From NCBI GenBank assembly GCA_021810635.1, contig JAJZIH010000009.1:9439-73438 (forward strand): a DNA stretch of 64,000 nucleotides. Direction: 5' to 3'. The stretch's first letter is position 1. Every line of letters starts with the position of its first letter. Of this stretch, positions 56,765 through 64,000 are shown piece after piece. The notes below the pieces were generated by a model, which made no database searches, was not told where the DNA came from, and worked only from the letters and a program-made list of their open reading frames with translations. The stretch comes from Pseudomonadota bacterium. Its GTDB lineage: Bacteria > Pseudomonadota > Gammaproteobacteria > JAKAQQ01. Both the position numbers and the translations under genes were made by a program.

Positions 56765-57835
56765 TCATCCCGGGGCCGGTGGCGGGGGTTGCGAAAGGGA
56801 CGGCATCCAGTCGATCCTCGTGTGCGGCAGGCATTGCGGATAACGGCTCTGCAGGAAGGCGATCAACTGTTCCCGGATGAGGCACCGCAGGTTCCAGGAG
56901 TCGCTGCTGTTTCTGGCGCTCATGAGGGCCCGTAGCTGGACTCCTTGGGGGGTGGCCTCGGTGACCTGCAATCCGGCCGCCTTGCCGTCCCACAGGGGGG
57001 TTTCGCCGAGTCGACGCAGGAACTCGTCCCGCAGCGCTTGAACCGGCAGGGTGTAGTCCGCGTAGAGGTAGAGGTGTCCCAACAGGTCGGTCTGGTTGCG
57101 CGTCCAGTTCTGGAAGGGCTGTGCGATGAAGTAGGAGAGCGGCACGATGAGCCGCCGGAGGTCCCAGATCCGCACGACGACGTAGGTGGCCCGGATCTCC
57201 TCGATCCAGCCCCACTCGCCCTCGACGATGACGACGTCATCGAGCCGGATCGGCTCGGTCAACGCGATCTGGATGCCAGCGATCAGGTTGCTGATCAGGG
57301 GCCGGGCGGACAGCCCGACGATGAGTCCCGCGGCTCCGGCCGAGGCGAAGAGGGTCGCCCCGAGGACGCGAACTGCGGGAAACGTCATGAGCATGGCCGC
57401 GGCGGTGATCAGGACCACCAGGATGACGAAGGTCCGGCGGATGATCTGAAGCTGGGTATGAAGCTGGCGCGCCCGGAGGTTGTCGGCCGTGTTGATCGGG
57501 TGGCTCTGCATCGCGAAGTCCCGCCAGGCGTCGAAAAGAGAGACGAGCCCCCAGCCGGTCAGGGCGATCAGGAGGAGGAGGAGTCCATGGTCAACGAGGC
57601 CGCGGACCGTCGGTCCGATCGGCAGGAGCACCTGGGACAACCGGGCCACTCCGACCGGGACGAGGCAGGTCAGCGGGAGGCCGAGACGGCGGACGGCCGC
57701 TTGAGAGAAGCCATGGCGGCTTTTCCCGAGCAGCAGGATGGCGAGGCGGACGGCGAGCGTACCCACGACCAGGCCGCCGAGCCAGAGCAGGAGCCGGATC
57801 AGGGGTGACGCGAGACCGGGGAGGAATGCGGTCAT
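56765..57835 (-). CDS. Mechanosensitive ion channel, MscS family
   Basis: TM3-beta-domain region LISNLIAGIQIALTEPIRLDDVVIVEGEWGWIEEI...VVVRIWD. The ATG overlaps the otsA stop (ATGA). Confidence 0.88.
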   Translation of the reverse strand: MTAFLPGLASPLIRLLLWLGGLVVGTLAVRLAILLLGKSRHGFSQAAVRRLGLPLTCLVPVGVARLSQVLLPIGPTVRGLVDHGLLLLLIALTGWGLVSLFDAWRDFAMQSHPINTADNLRARQLHTQLQIIRRTFVILVVLITAAAMLMTFPAVRVLGATLFASAGAAGLIVGLSARPLISNLIAGIQIALTEPIRLDDVVIVEGEWGWIEEIRATYVVVRIWDLRRLIVPLSYFIAQPFQNWTRNQTDLLGHLYLYADYTLPVQALRDEFLRRLGETPLWDGKAAGLQVTEATPQGVQLRALMSARNSSDSWNLRCLIREQLIAFLQSRYPQCLPHTRIDWMPSLSQPPPPAPG

Positions 57836-59247
57836 GGATGTTCTTGCGGGGACGGGTTCAGGAAGGTGCCGGCCAGTGCCTTGAGGAAGGTTTCGGTCCA
57901 GTGGTGGAGATCCCGGCGTCTCAGGCGGCCCATCAGGGCCTCCCAGCGCCGGTGGCGTTCGTCGAGACCCATGGCGAGTGCCCGGGCCAGGGTTCGGGCA
58001 ACCTCGCCCGAATCGTAGGGATTGACGATGAGCGCCTCTTCGAGTTCCTGCGCGGCGCCGGCCAGGCTCGAGAGGATGAGGACGCCCGGGGACTCCTCCG
58101 GCTGGGCCGCCACGAACTCCTTGGCGACGAGGTTCATGCCGTCCCGGAGCGGCGTGATGAGACCGATCTCGGCCTGTCTCAGGAAACCCAGGATGGTGCT
58201 GCGCGGGAAGCCGCGGGTCAGGTAGCGCAGCGGCATCCAGTCATATTCCGCGTAGCGGGCATGGATGTCGCCCACGATCCCGTTCAACTCGCGGCGGATC
58301 TCGTCGTATTCGGGCACCTCGGTTCGTGACAGCGGTGCGATCTGGAGCAGGACCACCTGCCTCTGGAACTCCGGCCACTGTTCCAAGAGCCGGGCATAGG
58401 ACCGGAAGCGCTGGGCCAGTCCCTTGCTGTAGTCGAGCCGGTCAATGCCGAGAATGAGCCGGCGGCCGGCGAGGCTCGTCGCGAGCCGCCGGCCATGGCG
58501 GTTGTTGTGACCGGCGCGGGCCACCCGGGCAACCTCGTCGACATCGATGCCGATCGGAAAACTGTCGACCCGGACCCGATGGCCTCGGAACCGTACGCAA
58601 GATGCCTCGCGTTCTGCCTCCGGCAGGAAAAAGGCGATGGCCCGGGACAACGACTGGCAGTCGAACGGGGTCTGAAAACCGACGAGATCGTAGGCCAGGA
58701 GCTTTTCCAAGATCTCGGTCTGTCCCGGCAGGGCGCGGAGCAGGTCGATCCCGGGGAAGGGGGTATGGAGAAAAAACCCCAGGGGGGCCCGGACGCCATG
58801 GGCCCGGAGGGAGGCGCCGAGGGGGATGAGATGGTAATCGTGGATCCAGACGATGTCGTCCGGGCGGATCAGGGGTGCCAGCATCCGGGCCCAGCGGTCA
58901 TTGACCTCGAGATAGGTCTCGAACGACGACCGGTCGTAATGGAGGAGGTGGAGCTGCGCATGGAAGACGGGCCACAGGCAGCGGTTGGCGAAACCGACGT
59001 AATAGCCTTCGAACTCGCGGTGGGTGAGGGGAGTCACGGCGAAGGTGATGGCCCCTTCCGTCTGGAGGGCCGGGGCGGGCGAGGGATTTTCCGAGATCCG
59101 GCCGTTCCAGCCGAACCAGAGCCCGCCCTGCCGGTTCATGGCTTCGAGCAGTCCGGTGGCGAGCCCCCCCTGGGCGGCTCCCCGCCGGTGCGGGGTGGCG
59201 ACGCGGTTCGAGACGATGACGAGGCGGCTCAAAATGCCCCCTCCCAT
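57832..59247 (-). CDS. otsA: Trehalose-6-phosphate synthase
   Basis: LVIVSNRV, WIHDYHLIPL, GIDRLDYSKG, TPLRDGMNLVAKEF. Start at 59247 (ATG) or 59232 (TTG); either overlaps the GH15 stop. Confidence 0.92.
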   Translation of the reverse strand: MGGGILSRLVIVSNRVATPHRRGAAQGGLATGLLEAMNRQGGLWFGWNGRISENPSPAPALQTEGAITFAVTPLTHREFEGYYVGFANRCLWPVFHAQLHLLHYDRSSFETYLEVNDRWARMLAPLIRPDDIVWIHDYHLIPLGASLRAHGVRAPLGFFLHTPFPGIDLLRALPGQTEILEKLLAYDLVGFQTPFDCQSLSRAIAFFLPEAEREASCVRFRGHRVRVDSFPIGIDVDEVARVARAGHNNRHGRRLATSLAGRRLILGIDRLDYSKGLAQRFRSYARLLEQWPEFQRQVVLLQIAPLSRTEVPEYDEIRRELNGIVGDIHARYAEYDWMPLRYLTRGFPRSTILGFLRQAEIGLITPLRDGMNLVAKEFVAAQPEESPGVLILSSLAGAAQELEEALIVNPYDSGEVARTLARALAMGLDERHRRWEALMGRLRRRDLHHWTETFLKALAGTFLNPSPQEHP

Positions 59248-61016
59248 GGGGCGCTCAGGAGCAGGGCGGACTCGATGATCCCGACCATGCTGTAGGTCTG
59301 GGGAAAATTGCCCCACAGTTCCCCGGTCGCGGGATCGATGTGTTCGGAAAGGAGGCCCAGGCGGGTGCGATGGGCCAGAAGGGATTCGAAGTGGGCGTGG
59401 GCCTCTTCCGTCCGACCGAGCCGGGCCAAGGCCTTGAGATACCAGAACGAGCAGAGCGTGAAGGCGTTTTTGGGGGGGCCGAAGTCATCCGGTTCGCGGT
59501 AGCGGAAGACGTAGTCGCCGTGCTTGAGCTCGCGCTCGACCGCGCGCACCGTGTCCGCGAAGCGGGGATCGCCGGCCGGCAGGAAGCCGAGATCGGCGAG
59601 CAGGAGGCAACTGGCGTCCAGGCGGTCCCCGTCGAGGGTGGCGGTGAAGCTCCGGCGTTTGGGGCTCCAGGCCCGGGCCAGCACCGCCTCGCGGATGGTA
59701 CTGGCCTGTTTCGTCCAGAACGCGGCCCGGTCGGCCTGCCCGAGCCGGTCGGCGATCCGTGCCAAGCGGTCGCAGGCGCACCAGGAGAGGACACTCGAGT
59801 AGGTATGGATCCGCATCTCGCCCCGGATCTCCCACAATCCGGCATCCGGCTGGTCGTAGACCCGGGCGGCAACCTGTCCCAGGGTTTCGAGATGGGCGAA
59901 AAGCGCCGCATCGCCAGGCCGGTCGAGGCGCCGGTCCCAGAAGGACTGGCTCGCGGCCAGCACCACGGCACCGTAGACATCGTTCTGCCGCTGTCCGTAG
60001 GCGGCATTGCCGACGCGGACCGGACCCATACCGCGGTAGCCGGCCAGGCTCGTGATTTCACGCTCGGGCAGCTCGGGTTTGCCGCTGATGGCGTAGACCG
60101 GCTGCAGGTGCTCGTAGCCCTGACGGGTGCCGAGGTTGATGACGAAACGGAGATAATCCTCCATGGTGCGGGTGGCGCCGAGCCGGTTGAGCGCGCGCAC
60201 GACGAAGTAGCTGTCGCGCAGCCAGCAGTAGCGATAGTCCCAGTCGCGGCCGGAATCGGCGCTTTCCGGAATCGAGGTCGTGACCGCGGCGAGCACCGCC
60301 CCGGTGTCCTCGAAGGTCGACAGCTTGAGAGTAATCGCGGCACGGATCACCGTCTCCTGCCATTCGAAGGGAATGGCCAGATACCGGACCCACTCCTGCC
60401 AGTACTTCCGGGTTTCGGCCAAAAACTCGCGTGAAAGGGTCTCGAGCGGGCGCGTCAGGCTCTCGTCCGGCCCGAAGAAGAGCACGCGTTCCTGGTCGAG
60501 GACAAAGGGGGTTTCGTTGAGGATCGCGGTGAGCGAGACGTCGGTGGTGAGGCGGTGCACTTGGCCCGGAAAGACATAGCGGACGTGGTGGCTGCCGATC
60601 GTGACCTCGGGTGTGGCGGCTCCGTACTGCCCGGCGGGCCGCAGGCGGACGGTGAGTTGCGGCCGTCCCGCAATCGGCCGCAGAATGCGGACGAACAGGG
60701 GAGGGCGGTAGACCCGTTCGTAGAGCTTGAAGCGCGGCATGAAGTCGATCACCTCGAGCTGCCCGCCCTGCTCGTCCTCGAAGGTCGTGACCAGAATCGC
60801 GGTGTTGGGCTCGTAACGCTGCGCGTGCGACCGGCAGCGCTCGACGGTGAGGTTCATGAAACCGCGACGATTCGCGGTCGCGGGCTCGAGCAGCGAACAG
60901 AAAACCGGATCCCCGTCGAAGCGGGGCAGGCAGGTCCAGACGTATTCCCCGACCTCGTCGATCAAGGCGCAGGTCGCACTGTTGCCGATGAGGCCGAGTT
61001 CGAGGTTCCGGCTCAT
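59229..61016 (-). CDS. Glycoside hydrolase family 15 protein (glucoamylase/trehalase-like)
   Basis: N-terminus LGLIGNSATCALID and catalytic-domain blocks (DYRYCWLRDS, WEIRGE...HTYS). Position between otsB and otsA, as in other proteobacterial ots clusters (memory). Confidence 0.85.
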   Translation of the reverse strand: MSRNLELGLIGNSATCALIDEVGEYVWTCLPRFDGDPVFCSLLEPATANRRGFMNLTVERCRSHAQRYEPNTAILVTTFEDEQGGQLEVIDFMPRFKLYERVYRPPLFVRILRPIAGRPQLTVRLRPAGQYGAATPEVTIGSHHVRYVFPGQVHRLTTDVSLTAILNETPFVLDQERVLFFGPDESLTRPLETLSREFLAETRKYWQEWVRYLAIPFEWQETVIRAAITLKLSTFEDTGAVLAAVTTSIPESADSGRDWDYRYCWLRDSYFVVRALNRLGATRTMEDYLRFVINLGTRQGYEHLQPVYAISGKPELPEREITSLAGYRGMGPVRVGNAAYGQRQNDVYGAVVLAASQSFWDRRLDRPGDAALFAHLETLGQVAARVYDQPDAGLWEIRGEMRIHTYSSVLSWCACDRLARIADRLGQADRAAFWTKQASTIREAVLARAWSPKRRSFTATLDGDRLDASCLLLADLGFLPAGDPRFADTVRAVERELKHGDYVFRYREPDDFGPPKNAFTLCSFWYLKALARLGRTEEAHAHFESLLAHRTRLGLLSEHIDPATGELWGNFPQTYSMVGIIESALLLSAPWEGAF

Positions 61017-61810
61017 GGACGGTCTCTGGACAGGCGGGCCAGCCAGGCGACTGCCGCTGTCGGCGTCCCGAGCCGGTACCGGGCCCGGGTCGGTCCATCT
61101 CCCACTTTGATGCTGACTCCATTCCGCCGGTTCACGACCTCGAAGGCGCTTTCGTCGGTGACGTCATCACCAAGGAAAACGGGATGGCGCCCGCGGAAGG
61201 GCGGTTCCTCGAGGAAGGCGGAGACCGCCCGCCCCTTGTCCATCGCCGCCGGGCGGACTTCCAGAACGTTTTTGCCCTTGAGGAGGACCAGTTCCGGATG
61301 GGGGGAAACCAGCGTTTCGAGCCTGGTCCAGAGTCGATCCGAGACCTCGGGACCGCCCCTGACGTGGACGGCCAGGGAAAGTCCCTTGTCCTCGGTGAAG
61401 GATTCCGGGTCCTCGGCCACGCATCGGCCGATTTCGGGACGGAGCCGATGCAGGAGAGCGACGTGGGTCTCGAGGCGATGGAGTCTCCCGGCGCCGTCAC
61501 GGCGTTCGCTCCCGTGCTGACCCGAGGCGGCGAAGATCTCCGGTGAAAAGAGCCGATCAAGATCGGCGAGCGGCCGCCCACTGACGAGTGCGAGCGCTCC
61601 CCGGACGAGAGAGCGGATCCGGACGAGGCTTGCAAGGAGCGTAGGGGGCACCAAAACGTCCCGGGGATGGGCGGCCAGTGGCAGGAGGGTGCCGTCGACG
61701 TCCAGGAATATGGCGCTCTCCCGGCAGCGCACCGCGGGCGGCGGGGCGAGTGGGGGAGCTTCAGCCAGCGTGACGGACTGTGTCCTACGGGGAGACCCGG
61801 GAAGAGACAT
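61013..61810 (-). CDS. otsB: Trehalose-6-phosphate phosphatase
   Basis: HAD motif I FLDVDGTL, VSGR, C-terminal GDDVTDE. The ATG at 61810 (or 61822) gives ~265 aa. The upstream part of the 363-aa ORF lacks coding character. Confidence 0.88.
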   Translation of the reverse strand: MSLPGSPRRTQSVTLAEAPPLAPPPAVRCRESAIFLDVDGTLLPLAAHPRDVLVPPTLLASLVRIRSLVRGALALVSGRPLADLDRLFSPEIFAASGQHGSERRDGAGRLHRLETHVALLHRLRPEIGRCVAEDPESFTEDKGLSLAVHVRGGPEVSDRLWTRLETLVSPHPELVLLKGKNVLEVRPAAMDKGRAVSAFLEEPPFRGRHPVFLGDDVTDESAFEVVNRRNGVSIKVGDGPTRARYRLGTPTAAVAWLARLSRDRP

Positions 61811-62015
61811 GACACCGTTCATTATGGGCAAAGCGGCTTTGCATTGCAAACCGGAGAGAAAATAAGAATATGGAATTCCGGATGAATTTCCGATCGGGAT
61901 CCGAGGAACCGGCCTCCGCTGCCTTTCCAGAGATGGCCGGGACAGCACCGGGGCATGTCCCGGGGAACCCCTTTCCTCTATGACCTGACTTGTAAAACAC
62001 GCAAGGGGATGGGTC

Positions 62016-62132
62016 ATGGGCGCGAGTCTGGAAACACGCTTGGAGCGGTATGGCAAGGCGATGGTCGCTGCGTTGGGACACGCGGATCGGGTCGCGTCGG
62101 CCACCTGGTACCTGCAAGGGTGCCTGGCCTGA
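62016..62132 (+). pseudogene. N-terminal remnant (38 codons) of an IS701/IS4-like DDE transposase
   Basis: Translation MGASLETRLERYGKAMVAALGHADRVASATWYLQGCLA* resembles the conserved N-terminus of IS701-family transposases (...ALGHxxRxxxxxxYxxGLL..., from memory). It stops after 38 codons, just upstream of the hipBA promoter region. Confidence 0.4.
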
Positions 62133-62147
62133 CTTCCCGTACTTAGT

Positions 62148-62176
62148 TTGACTTAACGTCTATTCTTATATACGCT
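62148..62176 (+). promoter_or_regulatory. Candidate sigma70 promoter of hipBA
   Basis: TTGACT (62148-62153), 17-nt spacer, TACGCT (62171-62176). It is flanked by and overlaps two TTAACG direct repeats (62153 and 62184). Locally AT-rich. Confidence 0.35.
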
Positions 62177-62207
62177 AAACAGGTTAACGGCTATCAGGAT
62201 GGACGCA

Positions 62208-62564
62208 ATGGAAAAAGCCCGCAAATCGTCGCCCCTGCCGATTCCCGTCACGCGGGCTCTGCGGAAACTGGGGCAGGACCTTCGGGACGCCCGCCGGCGG
62301 CGGCGGATTCCCGTGTCGATTCTGGCCGAGCGGGCTTCCATCAGCCGGATGACGCTGAACAAGATCGAGAAAGGTGATGCCGGAGTTTACATAGGCAATT
62401 ACGCGGCGGTGCTCTTTGCCCTCGGGCTCGTGGACCGCATCTCGGACCTCGCCAGCGCGATGCACGACACCGTGGGACGCGAGCTCGAAGAAGAGCAGCT
62501 TCCGGTGCGCATTCGTCTGTCCCGGCCACGGAAGGAGCCAAGGCCACCGAAGGCGGGTGCATGA
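62208..62564 (+). CDS. hipB: XRE-family HTH antitoxin, HipB-like
   Basis: HTH core LRDARRRRRIPVSILAERASISRMTLNKIEKG. ATGA overlap with hipA. I prefer the second ATG (62208), which has AGGATGG upstream; the first ATG is at 62199. Confidence 0.8.
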   Translation: MEKARKSSPLPIPVTRALRKLGQDLRDARRRRRIPVSILAERASISRMTLNKIEKGDAGVYIGNYAAVLFALGLVDRISDLASAMHDTVGRELEEEQLPVRIRLSRPRKEPRPPKAGA

Positions 62565-63823
62565 AAATGGACCGCGAAGTTCTTGTTTACGTCGATCTGC
62601 AAGGCAAGCCGCATCTCGTCGGCCGCCTGTGGGCGCGCGTACGCAAGGACCGGGAGAATGCAACCTTTGAATACGACAAAAGCTGGCTGGAGCATCGCGA
62701 GCGATTTTCACTCGAACCCGCTCTGAAACTAGGCCCAGGTCCGTTTCACACGGCGTCCGACAAGCCGCTCTTTGGTGCTATCGGCGATTCTGCACCCGAC
62801 CGTTGGGGCCGGGTGCTCATGCGCCGCGCCGAGCGGCGCCGCGCCGAGCGGGAAAAACAAACTCCGCGGACCGTTTGGGAAATCGATTACCTGCTGCTCG
62901 TCGACGACGAGGCGCGGCAAGGCGCGTTGCGCTTCGCAGAGAAAGAGGGCGGTCCGTTTCTTGCCGATCAGCAGCCGACGAAGATTCCGCCATTGACCGA
63001 GCTGCCACGACTATTGTCGGCGGCGCAGCACGTCATCGACGATGAAGACAGCAACGAAGATCTGCGCCTCCTGCTGGCCCCCGGCTCGTCGCTCGGCGGC
63101 GCACGGCCGAAAGCATCCGTTCGTGACCGCGACGGGCATCTCGCAATCGCCAAGTTTCCGAATAAGGGCGATGAAGTCAACACTGTCGTGTGGGAAGCTG
63201 CCGCCCTGACCCTCGCAGAGAAAGCAGGCATTCCTGTTCCACAATGGCGCCTCGAATCCGTCGCCGATAAACCGGTCCTGTTACTGCGGCGTTTTGACCG
63301 CGAAAGCGGTGCGCGAATCCCTTTTCTCTCTGCGATGAGCATGCTCGATGCGCGCGACAATGAAACGCGCAGCTATCTCGAATTCGTCGATGTCCTGCGC
63401 CAGCACGGGGCGTCGCCTCAAGAAGACATGCACGCGCTGTGGCGGCGCATCGTTTTCAGCATCCTGATCTCGAACACGGACGACCATCTGCGCAACCACG
63501 GTTTTCTCTGGGCCGGACCAGCCGGATGGCGGCTCTCACCCGCGTATGACCTGAATCCGGTGCCTACGGATATAAAACCAAGGGTGCTCGCAACCGCTAT
63601 CAACGAGGACGACAGAACGGCGTCACTTAAGGTTGCGTACGAGGCTGCCCCCTATTTTGAGCTGACCGAAAAAGAAGTCCGCCTGATCGCTCGAGAAACC
63701 GGAAATGCAGTCGCCGGCTGGCGCAAAGAAGCCGCCGGCCTGGGCTTGAGCAAGGGCGAGATCGATCGAATGGCATCAGCCTTCGAGCACGAAGACTTGA
63801 AGTTGGCTGTTTCCGAGAACTGA
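62561..63823 (+). CDS. hipA: HipA-family serine/threonine kinase toxin
   Basis: N-terminal coupling domain (LVYVDLQGKPHLVGRLW), GDSAPDRWG, P-loop-like GSSLGGARPKAS, catalytic ISNTDDHLRNHGFL, SPAYDLNP. Confidence 0.9.
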   Translation: MKMDREVLVYVDLQGKPHLVGRLWARVRKDRENATFEYDKSWLEHRERFSLEPALKLGPGPFHTASDKPLFGAIGDSAPDRWGRVLMRRAERRRAEREKQTPRTVWEIDYLLLVDDEARQGALRFAEKEGGPFLADQQPTKIPPLTELPRLLSAAQHVIDDEDSNEDLRLLLAPGSSLGGARPKASVRDRDGHLAIAKFPNKGDEVNTVVWEAAALTLAEKAGIPVPQWRLESVADKPVLLLRRFDRESGARIPFLSAMSMLDARDNETRSYLEFVDVLRQHGASPQEDMHALWRRIVFSILISNTDDHLRNHGFLWAGPAGWRLSPAYDLNPVPTDIKPRVLATAINEDDRTASLKVAYEAAPYFELTEKEVRLIARETGNAVAGWRKEAAGLGLSKGEIDRMASAFEHEDLKLAVSEN

Positions 63824-64000
63824 CCGGGCGCTCATAAAACCCACACTGGGCTGGATCATGCTGTCGCGCGAAGAAATGCGGCAGGCCGAGCGGTTGACGG
63901 CCGGAGACTAGGAGACACGCGCGACGAAATCGGCTTTCTCCTTATGAGGTCGAAGACAGAATACCCCGAGTTTACCCATGGATATATTACTGACTGCTGA

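Noticed and set aside
1-64000. Search for CRISPR arrays, tRNA/rRNA genes, intact IS elements, integrons or prophage genes
   Set aside because: I saw no regularly spaced repeat arrays, no cloverleaf-compatible sequences in the intergenic gaps and no rRNA signatures. No integrase was found other than the housekeeping xerD, and no complete transposase. Only the short transposase-like remnant at 62016-62132 turned up.

Overview
This is a GC-rich chromosomal segment (about two-thirds G+C by eye, not computed), almost fully coding, with gammaproteobacterium-like synteny. I call about 55 CDS and one RNA gene. Many gene pairs are joined by ATGA/GTGA stop-start overlaps. Order of content: (1) 1-5064, the 3' part of a group-4-hydrogenase-related membrane complex operon whose catalytic-type subunit has lost all four Ni-Fe cysteine ligands (Ehr-like). 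(2) RNase P RNA (rnpB), then an orphan secreted-type protein. (3) 6.5-24 kb, a complete dcw cluster: mraZ-rsmH-ftsL-ftsI-murE-murF-mraY-murD-ftsW-murG-murC-ddl-ftsQ-ftsA-ftsZ-lpxC. MraZ-box direct repeats sit in its promoter. (4) A DUF721/DciA-like gene, an M23 peptidase, secA and a MutT-ThiE-like fusion. (5) On the minus strand, yacG-zapD-coaE-pilD-pilC-pilB. (6) Opposite pilB, where a pilin gene is usually found, lies a glycosylation module: a GtrB/ArnC-like GT2, a GT4, and a TMTC/PMT-like GT-C membrane protein with a TPR tail that is translationally coupled to algC. (7) A co-directional leucine/isovaleryl-CoA catabolic operon (LeuDH, ivd, thiolase, MCCase beta, hydratase, MCCase alpha, HMG-CoA lyase), divergently paired with a fused isobutyryl-CoA mutase (icmF). 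(8) xerD, fdxA, a Nudix hydrolase, a Zn-ADH and a phosphoribosyltransferase. (9) An osmoadaptation operon, otsB-GH15-otsA-mscS. (10) A small accessory islet at the right edge: a transposase N-terminal remnant, hipBA and a degraded gene fragment. I saw no CRISPR array, tRNA, rRNA or intact mobile element. The best candidate for an undescribed system is the polyprenyl-phosphate-sugar / TPR-GT-C module in the pilA slot. The cysteine-less Ehr-like complex and the icmF-leucine operon pairing come second. All family assignments rest on motif recognition from memory. No database search was possible.
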